DNA of 64,000 nt, from the NCBI GenBank assembly GCA_030650095.1, contig JAUSEE010000001.1:8199-72198 (forward strand). Direction: 5' to 3'. The notes beneath the pieces were generated by a model, which saw only the letters and a list, made by a program, of their open reading frames with translations, had not been told where the DNA came from and did not search any database. How positions within the stretch are numbered: position 1 is the stretch's first letter; each line of letters starts with the position of its first letter. The DNA comes from Candidatus Buchananbacteria bacterium (GTDB taxonomy: Bacteria > Patescibacteriota > Patescibacteriia > 2-01-FULL-39-33). The position numbers were made by a program, and so were the translations under genes. Shown piece after piece: positions 48,329 through 61,700 of the stretch.

Positions 48329-49819
48329 TTAATATCTTAAATCTTTATTTATCTCCCCAATAGAGTTGAATTCTTCTATAGATAAGGTGGGCTTATGGCT
48401 TTCTATTCTCTCATTAATTATATCATCAATGCTGCGTCCCTGTCGCATGCTTTCCTGGCCCAACAACCTGTAAAATCTGTTAATTTCATTTTTATGCCAG
48501 GCTTCTACCGCTTCTAATTTCTTTATATAGGAATCTTTCTCCAGCAGTTCTATCTTGTCTTTTATTTTAGCGGTAGCCTCATGAGGCGTCTGTCCCAGCC
48601 GGCGGAAATTTATCAAAGTCATAGTGCCCAGCTCTTCCACTGGCCCGACCAGTGTAGTGTTTATCCTAACGCCATCCACCGATGGCTTGCCAAATCTGAT
48701 ATTTCTGGGTGAGAGTGTTGATTTGGCCATAGGCTGAGGCTGTGGAGCAATAGGAACTTTAGTTTCCAGCGGTTTTATGGCCGCTGGCAAAACTAGTGGA
48801 GTTGGAGCCACCGGCACAGGAGGAACAATTTTAATTTTTTCTGGAACATTAATGGGTTGAACTTTTCTGATTTGATTAAAATCAGTTATCTTCGGCCGAA
48901 TCATTAAATCATCGCCTTGCGGTGATTTTATCACCGGCAAACCGTCTTCTTCTTCAATTTTAGGCGCCAAAGACAAATCCGGTTTGACTAGCCTTTTTTC
49001 TGCCACTTTCGGCTCACTTACCGCTGGCGCCGGTTCTTTTATTATCGAGCCATTCTTTTTGGCTTCCAAAGTGGTTTTAGCCGGAACAAAGGGCTTTTTA
49101 ACCGGAAAGTTAATTGGTTTTTTTTCACTGGATGTTTCCCCTTCTTTAGGCAAAAGTCCTTGGCTTATTTTTTCACGAATTAAAGCAATCACTTTTCCCG
49201 CTTCGTCCTCGGTCATGGCCAAACCGCCTACCTTACGGCTTTTCTTTAAAACTTCCAATGTTTCCATTTCGTCTCTGATATCTTTTAGCCGCGCCATAAT
49301 TATATTTTTAAAACGGCTTAAAATAACTTCATCTCCATTAATGCTGTAACCGGACTGCGAAATAATAAGTTCGGCCAAAGAAGAATAATCATGTGCTTTT
49401 GGCTTACTAGCAGAAGAAGAAATTATTTTTTTTATTTCTTCGTCGTCTTCGGGTGAAAAAGAAATGTGGGTATTAGGTTGAACTGGTTGTTTTATTTGTG
49501 GCTCTTTACTGTCTATTTCAGCCGATCCGCCCAAGCCGTTAAGCAATTCTTCCACCCCGCTGATTTGATCTTTGAGCGGCATAAACCTGCTTAAAACGGC
49601 AGCCAGAGCTATTTTTTTTACAGTCTCTTCGTCTTTTCTAACCGCTTTTTTAAGTTCGGGCAAAAAATCAGCCAGTTTAACCGAACCTAAAATAATTCTG
49701 GAAATCAACTTGATTATTTCTTTGATTTCACTATCGGTCAAAGCAAAAGATGCCAGCCAAGCATTGGCCTTTTTTAATTCTACCACATCATCAAAAATAT
49801 TTTTAATTTCTTCCGACAT
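48329..49819 (-). CDS. Hypothetical protein with a Pro/Lys-rich linker (T4SS accessory?)
   Basis: ORF track; low-complexity middle; no family recognised. Confidence 0.35.
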   Translation of the reverse strand: MSEEIKNIFDDVVELKKANAWLASFALTDSEIKEIIKLISRIILGSVKLADFLPELKKAVRKDEETVKKIALAAVLSRFMPLKDQISGVEELLNGLGGSAEIDSKEPQIKQPVQPNTHISFSPEDDEEIKKIISSSASKPKAHDYSSLAELIISQSGYSINGDEVILSRFKNIIMARLKDIRDEMETLEVLKKSRKVGGLAMTEDEAGKVIALIREKISQGLLPKEGETSSEKKPINFPVKKPFVPAKTTLEAKKNGSIIKEPAPAVSEPKVAEKRLVKPDLSLAPKIEEEDGLPVIKSPQGDDLMIRPKITDFNQIRKVQPINVPEKIKIVPPVPVAPTPLVLPAAIKPLETKVPIAPQPQPMAKSTLSPRNIRFGKPSVDGVRINTTLVGPVEELGTMTLINFRRLGQTPHEATAKIKDKIELLEKDSYIKKLEAVEAWHKNEINRFYRLLGQESMRQGRSIDDIINERIESHKPTLSIEEFNSIGEINKDLRY

Positions 49820-49831
49820 TTTAGATTATTT

Positions 49832-52510
49832 TTAGATGTCTTTTAACTGATCAGCTCTCTTTTGTTCTGTAGAAGCAGGAGCTGTACCAACTGCCTGTCT
49901 TCTGACTTCGGTAGCGATCTTGCTAGCCAAAGCTCCACCCTCAGTGGAAGTACTTAGTGTTTTGATAACATTAATATTCATTTTTTCACCAGCTATTTCC
50001 ATTTGGGAACCACTTCTATTTAAACCTTTCATAAATTCAGCGTCTTTAGCTGATACAGTAGCCATAACATCTTGAAGTATGGCTCGTTTTTCGGCATTAA
50101 CTTTTACGCCACCCACGGTACTATCAGCAATATTAACTTCATTGAATGAGGCGCCAGAAGCTAGAGCATTTTTAAACGTTCTTTGGTATTGTAATTTATC
50201 ACCAGTGGCAATCTCGGCTTCTGTTATTTTATTAATAACAGCTTCAAAACTATCAGATAATTTCTTTTTGATAATTGGTGATTGATCTTTAAACTGGTTG
50301 GGACTAACCAAGTCACCAAAACTCTTAACAAATTCCTCGCTGACCTCCTTCATCTTTTTGCCAATATCACTGCTATTGTTGGACACAAAAGTTCTAATAG
50401 AGTCAACATCATCGGTATTAGTCTGGTCAAAGGTCTGCATGACATGATTAAAGCTGGTAGCTTTATTAAATCTGTCACGCATTTTTTCACCGCTATCAGT
50501 AAGTTTACCACTGCCATCACGTTCAAAAGTGTTATGATCAACCTTGCCATAAATCGCTGTCTTTTGTTTATCGGTTAAATCACTATACATTTCACTTTCA
50601 TCTTTTTCTTTGGTATGTTTAGCCATGAATGTAGCCAATTCATCACCTTTGGGTGTAGAACCTTTAGGCGCCAGGGCATCGTTCAAAGATAAAAGCTGAG
50701 TTTCACTCAAACTGCCCATCATTTCATGAGCTTTAACCTTGCCCGTCCTAACATCAGAAGTAAAGGCATCTGTGCGGAAAGTTTTGCCGTCATCACCCAT
50801 ATAAACCGTATCATAAGCCAAGCCCGGATTATATTTTTTGGTGTTGTCCATAAAGGTAGCAGCCAACTCTGGCGGCAACATCTTTTTGGCATCGTTGATC
50901 AATTTAATATTTTCGGCTCTGTTGGCTGTGTCATCATCTCTAAACATGCCTTGCTTCATCATAGCTTGAGTAGCGGCAATCTTAGCATATTTATCACCTT
51001 TAGTAGCCAGTGATCGCAAGTCTTTTTCACTCATGTCATCAACCTTAAGGGCGCTGGCTCTAGTAGTAATCCTTTCTTGTTCGGCTTTAGCTTTGGTGGT
51101 AGCCAGTTTAATTTGTCGTTTGTCCACTGCTTGCCCACCTAGCCTGCCAAGTATGGGTATTTTTCTAGCTAGCGGTATAGCCATAGCACCAGCTAATACT
51201 CCGGCGCCAGCCAAGCCGGCGGTGCCAGCTACAGTACCAATAGCGGCCTTTTTGCCCCATTTTTGCAAACCAGCCACGCCTTTGCCGGCCCACTGGGCTC
51301 CGGCCACACCGGTTTTTTGGCCAAAAACCAAACTGCCCACCATTAAGCCGATAATTATTAAGAAATCAAAAACGTTTACCGGATCTTCTAATTCCGATAA
51401 TCCTATTTTCTTATTCAAATCATCTGTTTTACTTAGAAGTATGCTGGCGCCATCATTAACTTGGTATGCTCCCTCTTTGCCACTGCTAATTGTACTAGGA
51501 TCTTGAACATTAATTGAACCGCTGAAAAACGACAGGTAAAGAAAAAACAACATTATCGGTCCCACCACCAAATATTTAGTTATTTCACTCCACCACATGC
51601 CGGCGTATTGCTGGCCTTTGGGGAAAGTGGTGAGAAGATAGGCCAGGGGTGACAGAATAATCAAAAACCAGAGCATAACGATCCTATAAACCAAAATAAT
51701 GGTAATAATGGCAATTACCACTACAGCCACCACCGATAATATTAGGGCAAATAAAAGCGTTTTAATGGCTGCCCCAGGGCTTAAACTGCCAGGAACTGGC
51801 TCGGTCCAATCAAACTGTCCGGCATCAATGCGGTAAAGCTTGTCCAAGCCTAGAGCTAAAAGTATGATATTGCCACCACTGCTAACACCCTGTATGGTCC
51901 CGGCAAACCAGAGTGTTAAGACTTGGGAACCGTCAATCATAATGCCGGTAAAAGTTTTGGAGAAATTTATTAAAACCGCCATCACCAGCAGTTTGGGCAG
52001 AAGCTGGCGATTATAATTGGGCACCCTTAAAATCGTGCCCACAGCTATGGCTAAAAGAATAACGATAAAGAAATTATTAGCCACATCACGCACAATCGCC
52101 CAACCATTGATAACTATTTGATTATCTAAGAAATGATTATAACTGGCTACTTTAACCATGACTATTATTAAAAGATTAACCAGCCAGCTGAAAAAGGTGG
52201 CGATATAAAAAACTATCCAAGCAAAGACATTGGCAATGGAATTTTCGGTGCTGTTAGCATCATCGCCTGCCTTAGGCACGCCACTCGCCATACAATCATT
52301 ATAAATACGTTTAAGTTCACTTCCATCCGGATCAGTTGTGTTACTTGTTTTACTGGCAGCATAATCACCGCATTCTTTGTCTCGTGAATCAATAAAGCTA
52401 CTTCCAGCAGCTATTGCCTGAACAAAAGAAACGGAACTACTAAAAACTACCACCAACAAAAGAGTAGTTAGTAGTACGGCGCTGATTAATTTTTTTCTTT
52501 TGGTGGTCAT
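49832..52510 (-). CDS. VirB6/TrbL-like polytopic membrane protein with N- and C-terminal soluble extensions
   Basis: Signal peptide, 6-7 transmembrane helices in the middle, Gly/Ala-rich segment, long C-terminal domain; 892 aa. Confidence 0.5.
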   Translation of the reverse strand: MTTKRKKLISAVLLTTLLLVVVFSSSVSFVQAIAAGSSFIDSRDKECGDYAASKTSNTTDPDGSELKRIYNDCMASGVPKAGDDANSTENSIANVFAWIVFYIATFFSWLVNLLIIVMVKVASYNHFLDNQIVINGWAIVRDVANNFFIVILLAIAVGTILRVPNYNRQLLPKLLVMAVLINFSKTFTGIMIDGSQVLTLWFAGTIQGVSSGGNIILLALGLDKLYRIDAGQFDWTEPVPGSLSPGAAIKTLLFALILSVVAVVVIAIITIILVYRIVMLWFLIILSPLAYLLTTFPKGQQYAGMWWSEITKYLVVGPIMLFFLYLSFFSGSINVQDPSTISSGKEGAYQVNDGASILLSKTDDLNKKIGLSELEDPVNVFDFLIIIGLMVGSLVFGQKTGVAGAQWAGKGVAGLQKWGKKAAIGTVAGTAGLAGAGVLAGAMAIPLARKIPILGRLGGQAVDKRQIKLATTKAKAEQERITTRASALKVDDMSEKDLRSLATKGDKYAKIAATQAMMKQGMFRDDDTANRAENIKLINDAKKMLPPELAATFMDNTKKYNPGLAYDTVYMGDDGKTFRTDAFTSDVRTGKVKAHEMMGSLSETQLLSLNDALAPKGSTPKGDELATFMAKHTKEKDESEMYSDLTDKQKTAIYGKVDHNTFERDGSGKLTDSGEKMRDRFNKATSFNHVMQTFDQTNTDDVDSIRTFVSNNSSDIGKKMKEVSEEFVKSFGDLVSPNQFKDQSPIIKKKLSDSFEAVINKITEAEIATGDKLQYQRTFKNALASGASFNEVNIADSTVGGVKVNAEKRAILQDVMATVSAKDAEFMKGLNRSGSQMEIAGEKMNINVIKTLSTSTEGGALASKIATEVRRQAVGTAPASTEQKRADQLKDI

Positions 52511-52590
52511 TAAGATACTATTAGATGTTTTTTATTTGTTTATAACATGGGATTGCAAATCTTACTGTCACTAGGAGCTGTCTTCCTTTT

Positions 52591-52684
52591 GTCATTACGA
52601 GGGAGCGAGGCGGGTCCTCGCAAAGGCGGGGAAGCAATCTTATGGTTTGCATCACCTGGGATTGCTTCATTCTTCGCAATGACA
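52591..52684. repeat. Palindromic hairpin element (gtcattacgagggagcgagg...cttcgcaatgac) between the giant gene and the VirB6-like gene
   Basis: Same family as 38252-38330. Confidence 0.75.
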
Positions 52685-52736
52685 GTTTAGGACATAGGGT
52701 TGTTTGCCCGCCTTAGACAAATCGCCATGACACATA

Positions 52737-55700
52737 TTATTGATTTTTATTTATGGTAAGTGAAACTGTTACCGGGTCATTAGATTTATTCCAATTATCA
52801 TAAACAGTTATTTCCACCTCCACAGTACAACTATCATTATTGCAATCAGTGTCCGGAATACTGCTAACTTTATTAAAATCATAAAGATGGTACAAAAGGA
52901 AAGGATTTTCCGGATTGGTTCTGTTTCTAAGCGACACACCGCTAACTTTTGATTTTTCTCCATCTTTCCAATCAATGACATAGGCGGTAAGAGGCAGCTG
53001 ATCAGGATCAATCAAGGTGGTAAAAGCCAGTTTGGCCAAACCAACACCATTATAAATAGTGGGATCGATGCTATTGTTTATTATTTTGCTGGTTACTTTT
53101 GGCTTAACATAACAAGGCTGAACACTAGATTCTTCCCTTTTATCGCCAGTAGCGCCACCATTGCATTCCCCACTGGGTATGGATAAATAATCTTCCCGGC
53201 TAGGATCCTCCTTATATACTCCGCCTCTATCAGCCACTGGGCCATCTAGACAGTCGCCATTGGCCGCGCGATTATCACCTTCACATTTATTCCAGCGCCA
53301 CTTCCAAGCTCCATAGCTTTGAGCGAATAACTGCTGTAGACCATCTTGGCTATGAATTTCGCCCATTCTGGCTTGATAAGGAGGGGCAAAACCGCCCAGT
53401 CGCGGTGGCTCATAAAGCAAGGGAGTATTAAAAATGCCGGCGCGGCTGCTCCAATTAACCGGATTTGGACTGCCGGAAGGAGAAACTATGGCGCCAAAAG
53501 GCTGATAATCAGATGATTGATAAGTGGAGGCATCAAGCGCAGAAACATCCCCGCCGGATCCACCGCCAAACCAACCACCCAATTGGCCTAGAAGCCCTTG
53601 GAGAAACTCAATAAATACTCCGCTACCGGGCACTTCGGCTGCATCTGATCCATTATATGTAAAATCAATATTATCCAAGAATTTATTAAAATCAAACGGA
53701 TCATAATAATAATACTTGCCCGTAGTTTCACCCTCGGCTTTATTTCTGGCTTCGGCATCATTATTGATAAAGCCCGATCCTGGAGTTACCCGATTAGCAT
53801 AAGCCTTATTGGTGCCCGAAGAAGTTACCACTCTCACTAAGCTGTCACAATAATTAATATCAAAATCACCTTTGATAGTCATACGTATATAGACCGCGTC
53901 GGCTTCGGCTGTGGATCTAACAAACCAAGACGCGCCCAAAATATCACCATCCAAATCCGGAATCGGATCAGTGGCGCCACCAGTAATGCCACCAGCTTGC
54001 GTATCATCTATGATTTTCAGTCCCATGAGCGGACCAAAATAAACTCCTAAATCTCCCTGAGACTGCAACAACTGTGTTAATTGTTCAATTATACCGCCAA
54101 TATTACCTGTAGCTATTTCATAAGGGATAGGTATTGGCAGACAAATCAAGAAACCGCCTTCTCCACCTAAACCGACACAAAATGGTATGGCCGCCCAACC
54201 TTTCCACTCGCGCTTATCAGTATCATAGGTTAGGGTTTTATTAACCGGAATCATAACAACAAAGCCCACATCATGCTGAAAACCAAAACCGGTAACTTTA
54301 AGCTTGATTCTATCAACATAAGGGAACCTAAAGAGCGAGCGGTAATCATCTTTGATATTCATCGGACTAAAGTTCATTTGCTGGCCGGTGTTGATATCCG
54401 AAAAACCAGATACCACTTCTTGGGCATCAGAGCTTAAAGACAGGGCTACGCCTGATTTAGAAAAATCCACATTAAATCTCTTTTTTTCCACGCAATAATC
54501 CAAAGGCAATCTGTCGTTATAACCGCCAACCTCGTTTAATATCTCGCCCTGAAGCTGATCTACCGGCCACCATTGCAAGCATTGTTTGGAATTGTTGGGA
54601 TCCACTAGTAAGCAATAGCCGTAACTGCCGTAGAATAAATTATTGCCTTCCAAATACCGGCAAGACAGCGCATCTTCGGCCGGATAAATACGGCAACTTC
54701 GGGTTAAATAATTATCAGTTAAATCATTTGGCGTGGACAGATCATTGCTAACCTTTAGAATCGGCTTAAGAGAAATATCGTCAAATAAAGCCGTCCCGCC
54801 CAAAGCGCATTCAGTGAGCTGGTTGTTATCATTACAACCGCCTATATTAACATGATTTTTCAATTTAATTCTTATTTTATCGGTGTTAAGGGAGGGATTA
54901 AACTCAAACATTCTTTTGGTCCAAGACAAGCCACTCACTAAAGACAATTCGGTGGGATATTTCCAGTCGCCCCAACTGCCTCCTTCGGTGTGTTCCCGGT
55001 ACTGAATCTGCGATTGGATTACTTCATTTCCATCGGGATAATTCAAGCCAGAAGAATTAATCCAGCCGGAAAGGATATAGGGATCACCGCCGAAAACATC
55101 AATTTCCTCCGACAGGGCTTCGTAGAAAGAGTTTAAAATCAAATGCCTGGATCCGTCCGGACTGCTCTTGGTATCTTTGGCTACGCTAAACTTATAATCA
55201 TGCCAACCCACAGCTTCCGACTTATACGATTCACTGTCATCACCGGTAGATTCCGAGGGGCTCCAGCCCAAAGGTTCGGTGGAATTGGTTACCACCGATT
55301 CAAAATTGCCGTTGGTAATAGAACCGGCATTGCCGAATTGAGTCATTAGATAATAAGGGAAATAACCTGCCACATTAATGCCGCCGGGGAAATTCTTGCC
55401 CACGGAAGCATAGCCGGTTTTATAAAAATCTTTCTCGCTGTAATTTTCATCGGTTATTTCGCCTGATTTCAAAATAAAATTATTACAGACGCCTTTTTCA
55501 TCAACCGAAGCGCACAGCCCCAAATCCAAGCAACGGTCGTTATTGCCATAAATCGGATCAACACTATTGGGATCATCTTTTTCATAGGTAGTACAATAAA
55601 GCCAATTGTAACAAGTTCTATCCGGCTGGACTTTTAAAATAACATTAGCATCGCCTTTGGCCGGCGGGGTAGCCGATATAGGCGTCGTCGGATCTTGGTT

Positions 55701-58700
55701 TGGCTTGTCCATTTGCTCCTTGTAACTGGCGCCGGCATCAAAAGTGAGGTAGTTAACATTTCTGTCTGAAACACTTTTAGCTGAATAATTAATCGAGCCT
55801 CTGTCGTTAAACAAAACACAACCGGAATTATAATCTATTAAGCCGTTGCAGCCGGTGTAATCAACTTTGGCGGAGAGGGCATAATAAACGCCTGATTGCA
55901 CCAATCTTAGATTATTAACTGCTTGGGGCGCAGGGATAACTAATTTTACGAGGCAAGTCGTATGGGAATTATAAATTATATAAAACCGGCCGCTGGCAGA
56001 TTTGGGCGAACCTATATTGCCACCGGTGATATTCATACTGTCATCAGGTGAAACCATTAGCCCGGTGCAGGGAGTCGAAGATGCTATTTCGATTTTAGCT
56101 TTGGTAGTAGCACTCTCATCCACCGAGAAAGAATAAAGCGTGTGAGACAATAGATTTATATTTTGTGACAAGCCGGTGCCATTTCCATCCCAATGATCTG
56201 GAATATCATTGCCATCAGCATCTTGACTTAAATCAACATTTAATATTTCATTTTTATAAACTTCGGTTATCGGATCAATGTATTCGGTGCAACTGCTTTG
56301 TTCGGCCGGGCAAAGCCCCACCCAATTCTGATAGCTGGCGGTGGTGCCACCGGGCGTCGGCCAAGCATCTTCACTAGGCATTCTGTAGCTGTTAAACCAG
56401 CCCACGGGCTGGACTTTATTTTCCGGAGAACCGGTGCCAATGGTTTGAAGATAAGTGACATCGCAGGGTTCGGTAGTGCCTTTCTTATACCACTGCGCCT
56501 GGGCTTGGCCTAAATCCGTCCTGTATTCACAAACCCTATCTCTGGGGTCTTTGAAATAAGAAACATTCCTGGAGCCGACAAATTCCTGGCACCAGAGGGC
56601 GCTGGCCTGGCATAAATCAGTGGCGTATCTATCGGGCTGATTTTTAAGATAAGAATCAGCATAGCCAACAACTTCATCTTGATTGTTAATTTTGGGCAAG
56701 CCGTAAGCTAAGCAACCCTTATCTTCCGATTTGCAATTATATTTAGAATCATTAACTATGTAAACAAAATTGTCACTGGGCACAGTTACCTGCGATGGGT
56801 CGCCTGAATTATAAGTTGCGCCGTAATAAGAATCGGAATTGTAGGTATCTATTAATTGTTCGCAACCCACGGCATCGCGACGGCACAAATTTTCAAAAGA
56901 TTTTAAAAACCAATTCTTATTGGAACGATCACGATACTCTTGACAGCCGATCATTTTTCCCGGATTGCTCCTCTCTGGATTTAGAGCATCGCCGGCACCG
57001 TAAGGCTGACTAATAATATTGTCGCAAACAAAAGGAGTAAACCAAGAATTTTCAATGGCATAGACGCTTTGAGGCAATTCTTTAAGCAAAATATTATCAA
57101 TGTAAATCACCTGTCCGCTGGGGATATTTATTTCTATATTCTGCTCGAAATAACCAGTGCCACTGCCCCAGCTAACTTGCACCGGGCCAAGATCATAACG
57201 ATTCCATTCATTGGTTATGGGAATAGGCAAATCTCCGGCTGTTACCACATCCGGATGGCCAACTATAAATGAGCCCTCTGGCGGCGCCTGTGAAAACCTG
57301 ATGGAATCAAGATCAAAGCCAGCATTGCCTTTAGCCCAAAAACTAATGGCATAAGATTTGTCTTTTTTGATTAAGACTGTTTTGGAGAACTGGCGAGAAC
57401 TATTGAGGCTGTTGGTAAGAGAATTTCCGCCCGGATGGGTAGCTTCGCTGGCTATCGTACCTCCCTGCCAATCCATGGCGCCGGATTCAAAATCAGACAA
57501 AAAGATATTCCTAAAGCTGCTGCCCTTATTGCCGGTGTATTCCCGACAGCCTTTTAAATTAGCCGAGCAAGTCTGGCCTTGGCCGGGAATGGCCATATAA
57601 ATACACTCGCCAAACTGATTATAATAGCCTTGATTGTTTCGACAATCCTGGGCGGCTTCAGCCTCATCATTTTGAGTTTGGGTTCGGCGGTAAGGATGGC
57701 AATCGCTGGAAACATAAATAACCCGTGACAACAACCGGTAATGAATATTGCCACTGACATCATAAAATTCACGGCAGTCCGGATTGGAATTCAAATCAGA
57801 AGACAAACAAGCGGCATCGTTAGTGTTTGGATCATCACTGGGCACAGGATCACCGCAAACATTGTCGCCGTTTAAATTATTAGGGTAGCTTAAATTGGTA
57901 CAGGGAGGAGTGCCCACGCCAGAAGTATCATTGGAGCCTTTCAAAGTGAAAACTTTAAGCTGATAACCGGTGGTATCACTGCCTTCCCAAGTATAATAAG
58001 TGACTTCATCGCCGTAGGCATCAGGCTTCTGGCAAGTCCTAAACTGAGTATAGTATTCCAAACCTTCTCCGCCTCTGGCTACTTCGTCTAAATTGGTGAA
58101 TTCGTCACAGCCGGCAGCGGCGGCAGAACAATATTGAATAGGATCTTTGGCAATGAATTGCTTGTATTTGGCCGAAACAAAACTGGTCGGCTCCTGCTTA
58201 TAAACCTGATAGCCGGCGCACTCCGACGGACAGACATCAGCCGAAGTGATTGTTCCGGGCACAGCCGGATCGCCATTTACCGGAGTATAGAGTTCGCAGT
58301 TCATCTCGCTTTTTATGCAAACACTGGAATAATTGGCACAAGCCGGATTGCGGCCGAATATAACCTGCTGCAGTTCGGTTAAATTGGTAGGCCAGTTACC
58401 AGCAGAGGTTAAATAGCAATCGTAATAATCGGGCGCTTTTTTAAGATAAGTTAATTGCGAGGCCGGCCTCTGGCTGGGGTTGTAAGAGGTGTAAGATGTA
58501 GGAATATTAATGCCGGCTGAAACCGCTTCTAGTTTGACAGCGTCAAAGTAAGCTTCTTTTAGACCGCTGCTACCTTGGTTGATAAACAAGCGCGGACTAA
58601 CTACTTCGTCCGGGCTGTTCCAAACAAAGCTAGTGCTAACCGTTGTCCATTTATACAAATCCGCTTCGGCAAATGTATTCGGTTCGGTGGTTATGCTGGC

Positions 58701-61700
58701 GTCATCGTTAAGAGATACAAAATAACTGCCTATTTTTTGAATATAAACCCTGGCTGATAAAATATATTTATTGCCATTTATTAAAGTAAGCGGACTAAGA
58801 GAAGCGGTGGCCGAAAAATAAGCGCAATGTTGAGAGTTTGAATCAAAATCAGATCTTAAACCGATAGATTTATCGCCATCTGCGCCGGAATTAACGACAA
58901 ATATTTCACAGGAGCCGTGATTGCCACTAGCGCCGGGCTCCCCTATCCAATGATTTAAATCACTGTAATAATCTTCAAAACTGCCATCAACTATCAAGTT
59001 GCTGCCCAAATCTGATTTCACTCTGATAAACTGGCTGCAGCCGACAGCTGATGAACTGCAAGCCTGGGCATCGCGATCAAAGTATATTTCTGAATCGGTA
59101 TTATCTTGAGAGCCAATATTAAGCCAAACATCACCGGTAGTGCAAGAACCAAGCGCTTCTTTTAGGCTAAAGTCATCAAAAAATACCGTACCCGTTGTGC
59201 CGGCATTAGTGATAACCCTTATTTCTATGCTATCACCGGCCTGGATATTCTGGGTGCTGAAATTAACGGAATATTCTTGCCAATTATCGCTCAAAAGGCC
59301 AATGGTTTGACTGCCAACTTCCAAACTGGAAGAAAATACTTTGACATCAAAACTGCCCAAGCTGATATTGCCGCGCAAATAAAATGATAATTTATAATTC
59401 TTGTTCGCCTCTACGCCGGAATTAACTGACAAGGTGGTTGAAAGGGGCGTGGTATTATTAAAACTCACACTCTCCAGTGAATACGAGCCGGTACGCTTGC
59501 TAATGTCGGATCTAAATTGCCTATTGGTATCATTTTGATAGCTTTCCTGCCAAAAACGGGCATCCCAACTGGCATTACCGATTAATTCAAAACTGTTATT
59601 GAAAGGAGTTAAAATATCAATGGAGTTCAAACACTTATCCAACGAGCATCTCACACCGTCAAAAGGCACGGTGCAAGACTCCCCGCTAAAATCACAACCG
59701 CCGTCAGTGGCACAAACTTTATCCATCACTATGCCGGCGTTAGCGGAATAAGCCGTTTGCTTCCATTGTTCTACTTCTAAACCGGAAACTGTACAACCAA
59801 CCAATGTATTGCAAGTTTTAAGTGTTTTTTCACTCTCGCTATTTAGCCAAGTGTTATCTTTGATATTATACAGTGTGCTGTACCACCGGCAACCGGCCGA
59901 CTGGGAACTGCAATCGCTATAATCAAGAGTATTGGCCAGATAAGACCCGGTGGTGCCATTTTTCGATTGGAAAGTTTGGCAAGTGTTGAAGCGCGGCTGG
60001 CAATTGGTGGAGTTTAAATTCCAAATTTTTCTTTCTTCGGTGCAATAGCCATAAGCCGTGCAATTGCCATCGGAATCTTCGGTTAAGCATTGCTGTTCAT
60101 CAGCGCAATACTGATTGCGAACCACCGATCCGTCTTGAGAACTGGCTCTGGTATTTTGATCGCCATAACCCTCACGGCGGCAGAAAAGTTCCGGCGCTTT
60201 TAAAACCCACTGGGGATCAATCAGATTTTGGAAGGTGGAAGAAGCATGATTAAATTCTTTGAGCAAATCGCCCAAGGTGTAATTCTGCTGTTCCTGTTTG
60301 GACTGGCTGATATACCTAGCGGCGATTTCCCAACCAACCGGCACGATTCTGTATTTTCTTAAAATAACAATATTTCTTAAAGAAAAAGATTCCTGCGGAT
60401 TGACATTATCAATCGGCGGCACAAATTGCCTGTTTAAAATCGAGGCCGGCAGATCTTTGACTAATTTCTTTTCCCTGATCGCTTGGGACAAAATGGGATC
60501 TATCACGCAATCAGTCGGGCCGGGATTTATTTTATTAGCTTCGGTGCAATTGGTTAATTTGTTTAAAATATCATATGGACCGCCTATGGCCAGATTGCTT
60601 TCGATTAAGTTTAAAAATCTTTCTTTGGCGCCAATGGAACCTTCCACATAAGGCGATGATTCCGGATTAAGAAGTGAAGCAAAGCGGGAAAGATTGGGCA
60701 GATTAAAGCCTTTATTTCCGTCCGAGCTGCCACTCTTAAAATAACCGGTTTTTAGGTTCTCTAAAAGTTGGCCGACTAAGGTGTCCAAAAATGTCTGTAT
60801 AAAATCCCAAACAGTTCCAGTGAAAGTGGAATCTTCTTTACCAGCTCTTTCTTGAGCTACTTCGTGTTGGTTTTTTACCATAGTGCCGGGAGTCAAAACC
60901 CAGCCGGTTAGGGTTTTTAGATCTTTAAAACCTTGATTGATGGAGGCTTCCAAGGCGGAAACACCGGTTTTTTCTTTAACCTTATCCATCAAAGACGAGC
61001 TGGTTTTTAAATAGATGCCAATATCGTTTTCGCTGGCATTTAAATAATTGCTGTATTCAACATTAAAATTAGCATCAGTAATGGCTGATCGCCAGTTTTT
61101 AACCATGCCGGTAAAATTACAGGTTGGTTTCTTGATCCGATCGCCTCTTAAGCTGGTTTTGATCATCAGTTCCACATTAAAATTGGGCCGGCATAAATTA
61201 ACGCCGAATTCCTTGTCTATTTCATCAATAAAAGTGCCGGCGGCATTATCGGCCGTGTTTTTCAAATAAGCGCCGATGCCTTCGGTGATAAACAACGGCT
61301 TTTGGCCTTTGCCGCCGGAAGCGATCCAAGAAGCGGTATCATAAGCCAGTTGTTTGGAAAAAGCGCTTAACATGGATTTCCAAGCGCCAGCCAAAACATC
61401 TCTCCAAGTCTGTTTTTCTACCTCTCTTAAGCTATCAGCGGCGATGTGTATTTGGTTGTTTTCGGTGACAACAACATTCTGGCATTGGCTGGCATTAATA
61501 GCCGACTGCACAGCTGTTTTCATAGCCTGGCTACAATCAAAAGTCACGCCATTTGCTGTTCCTGTTATAGGTACAGGAATACATTCTATGGCTAGAGCTT
61601 CGGCTAGCGCTTTTCCATTACAGGCTATAGCAGATTCAATCGCCGCGCCCGAGCCGGCAGTAGCTTCAGCCGCAGTTAGAGCTAACGTCCCCATTGTACT

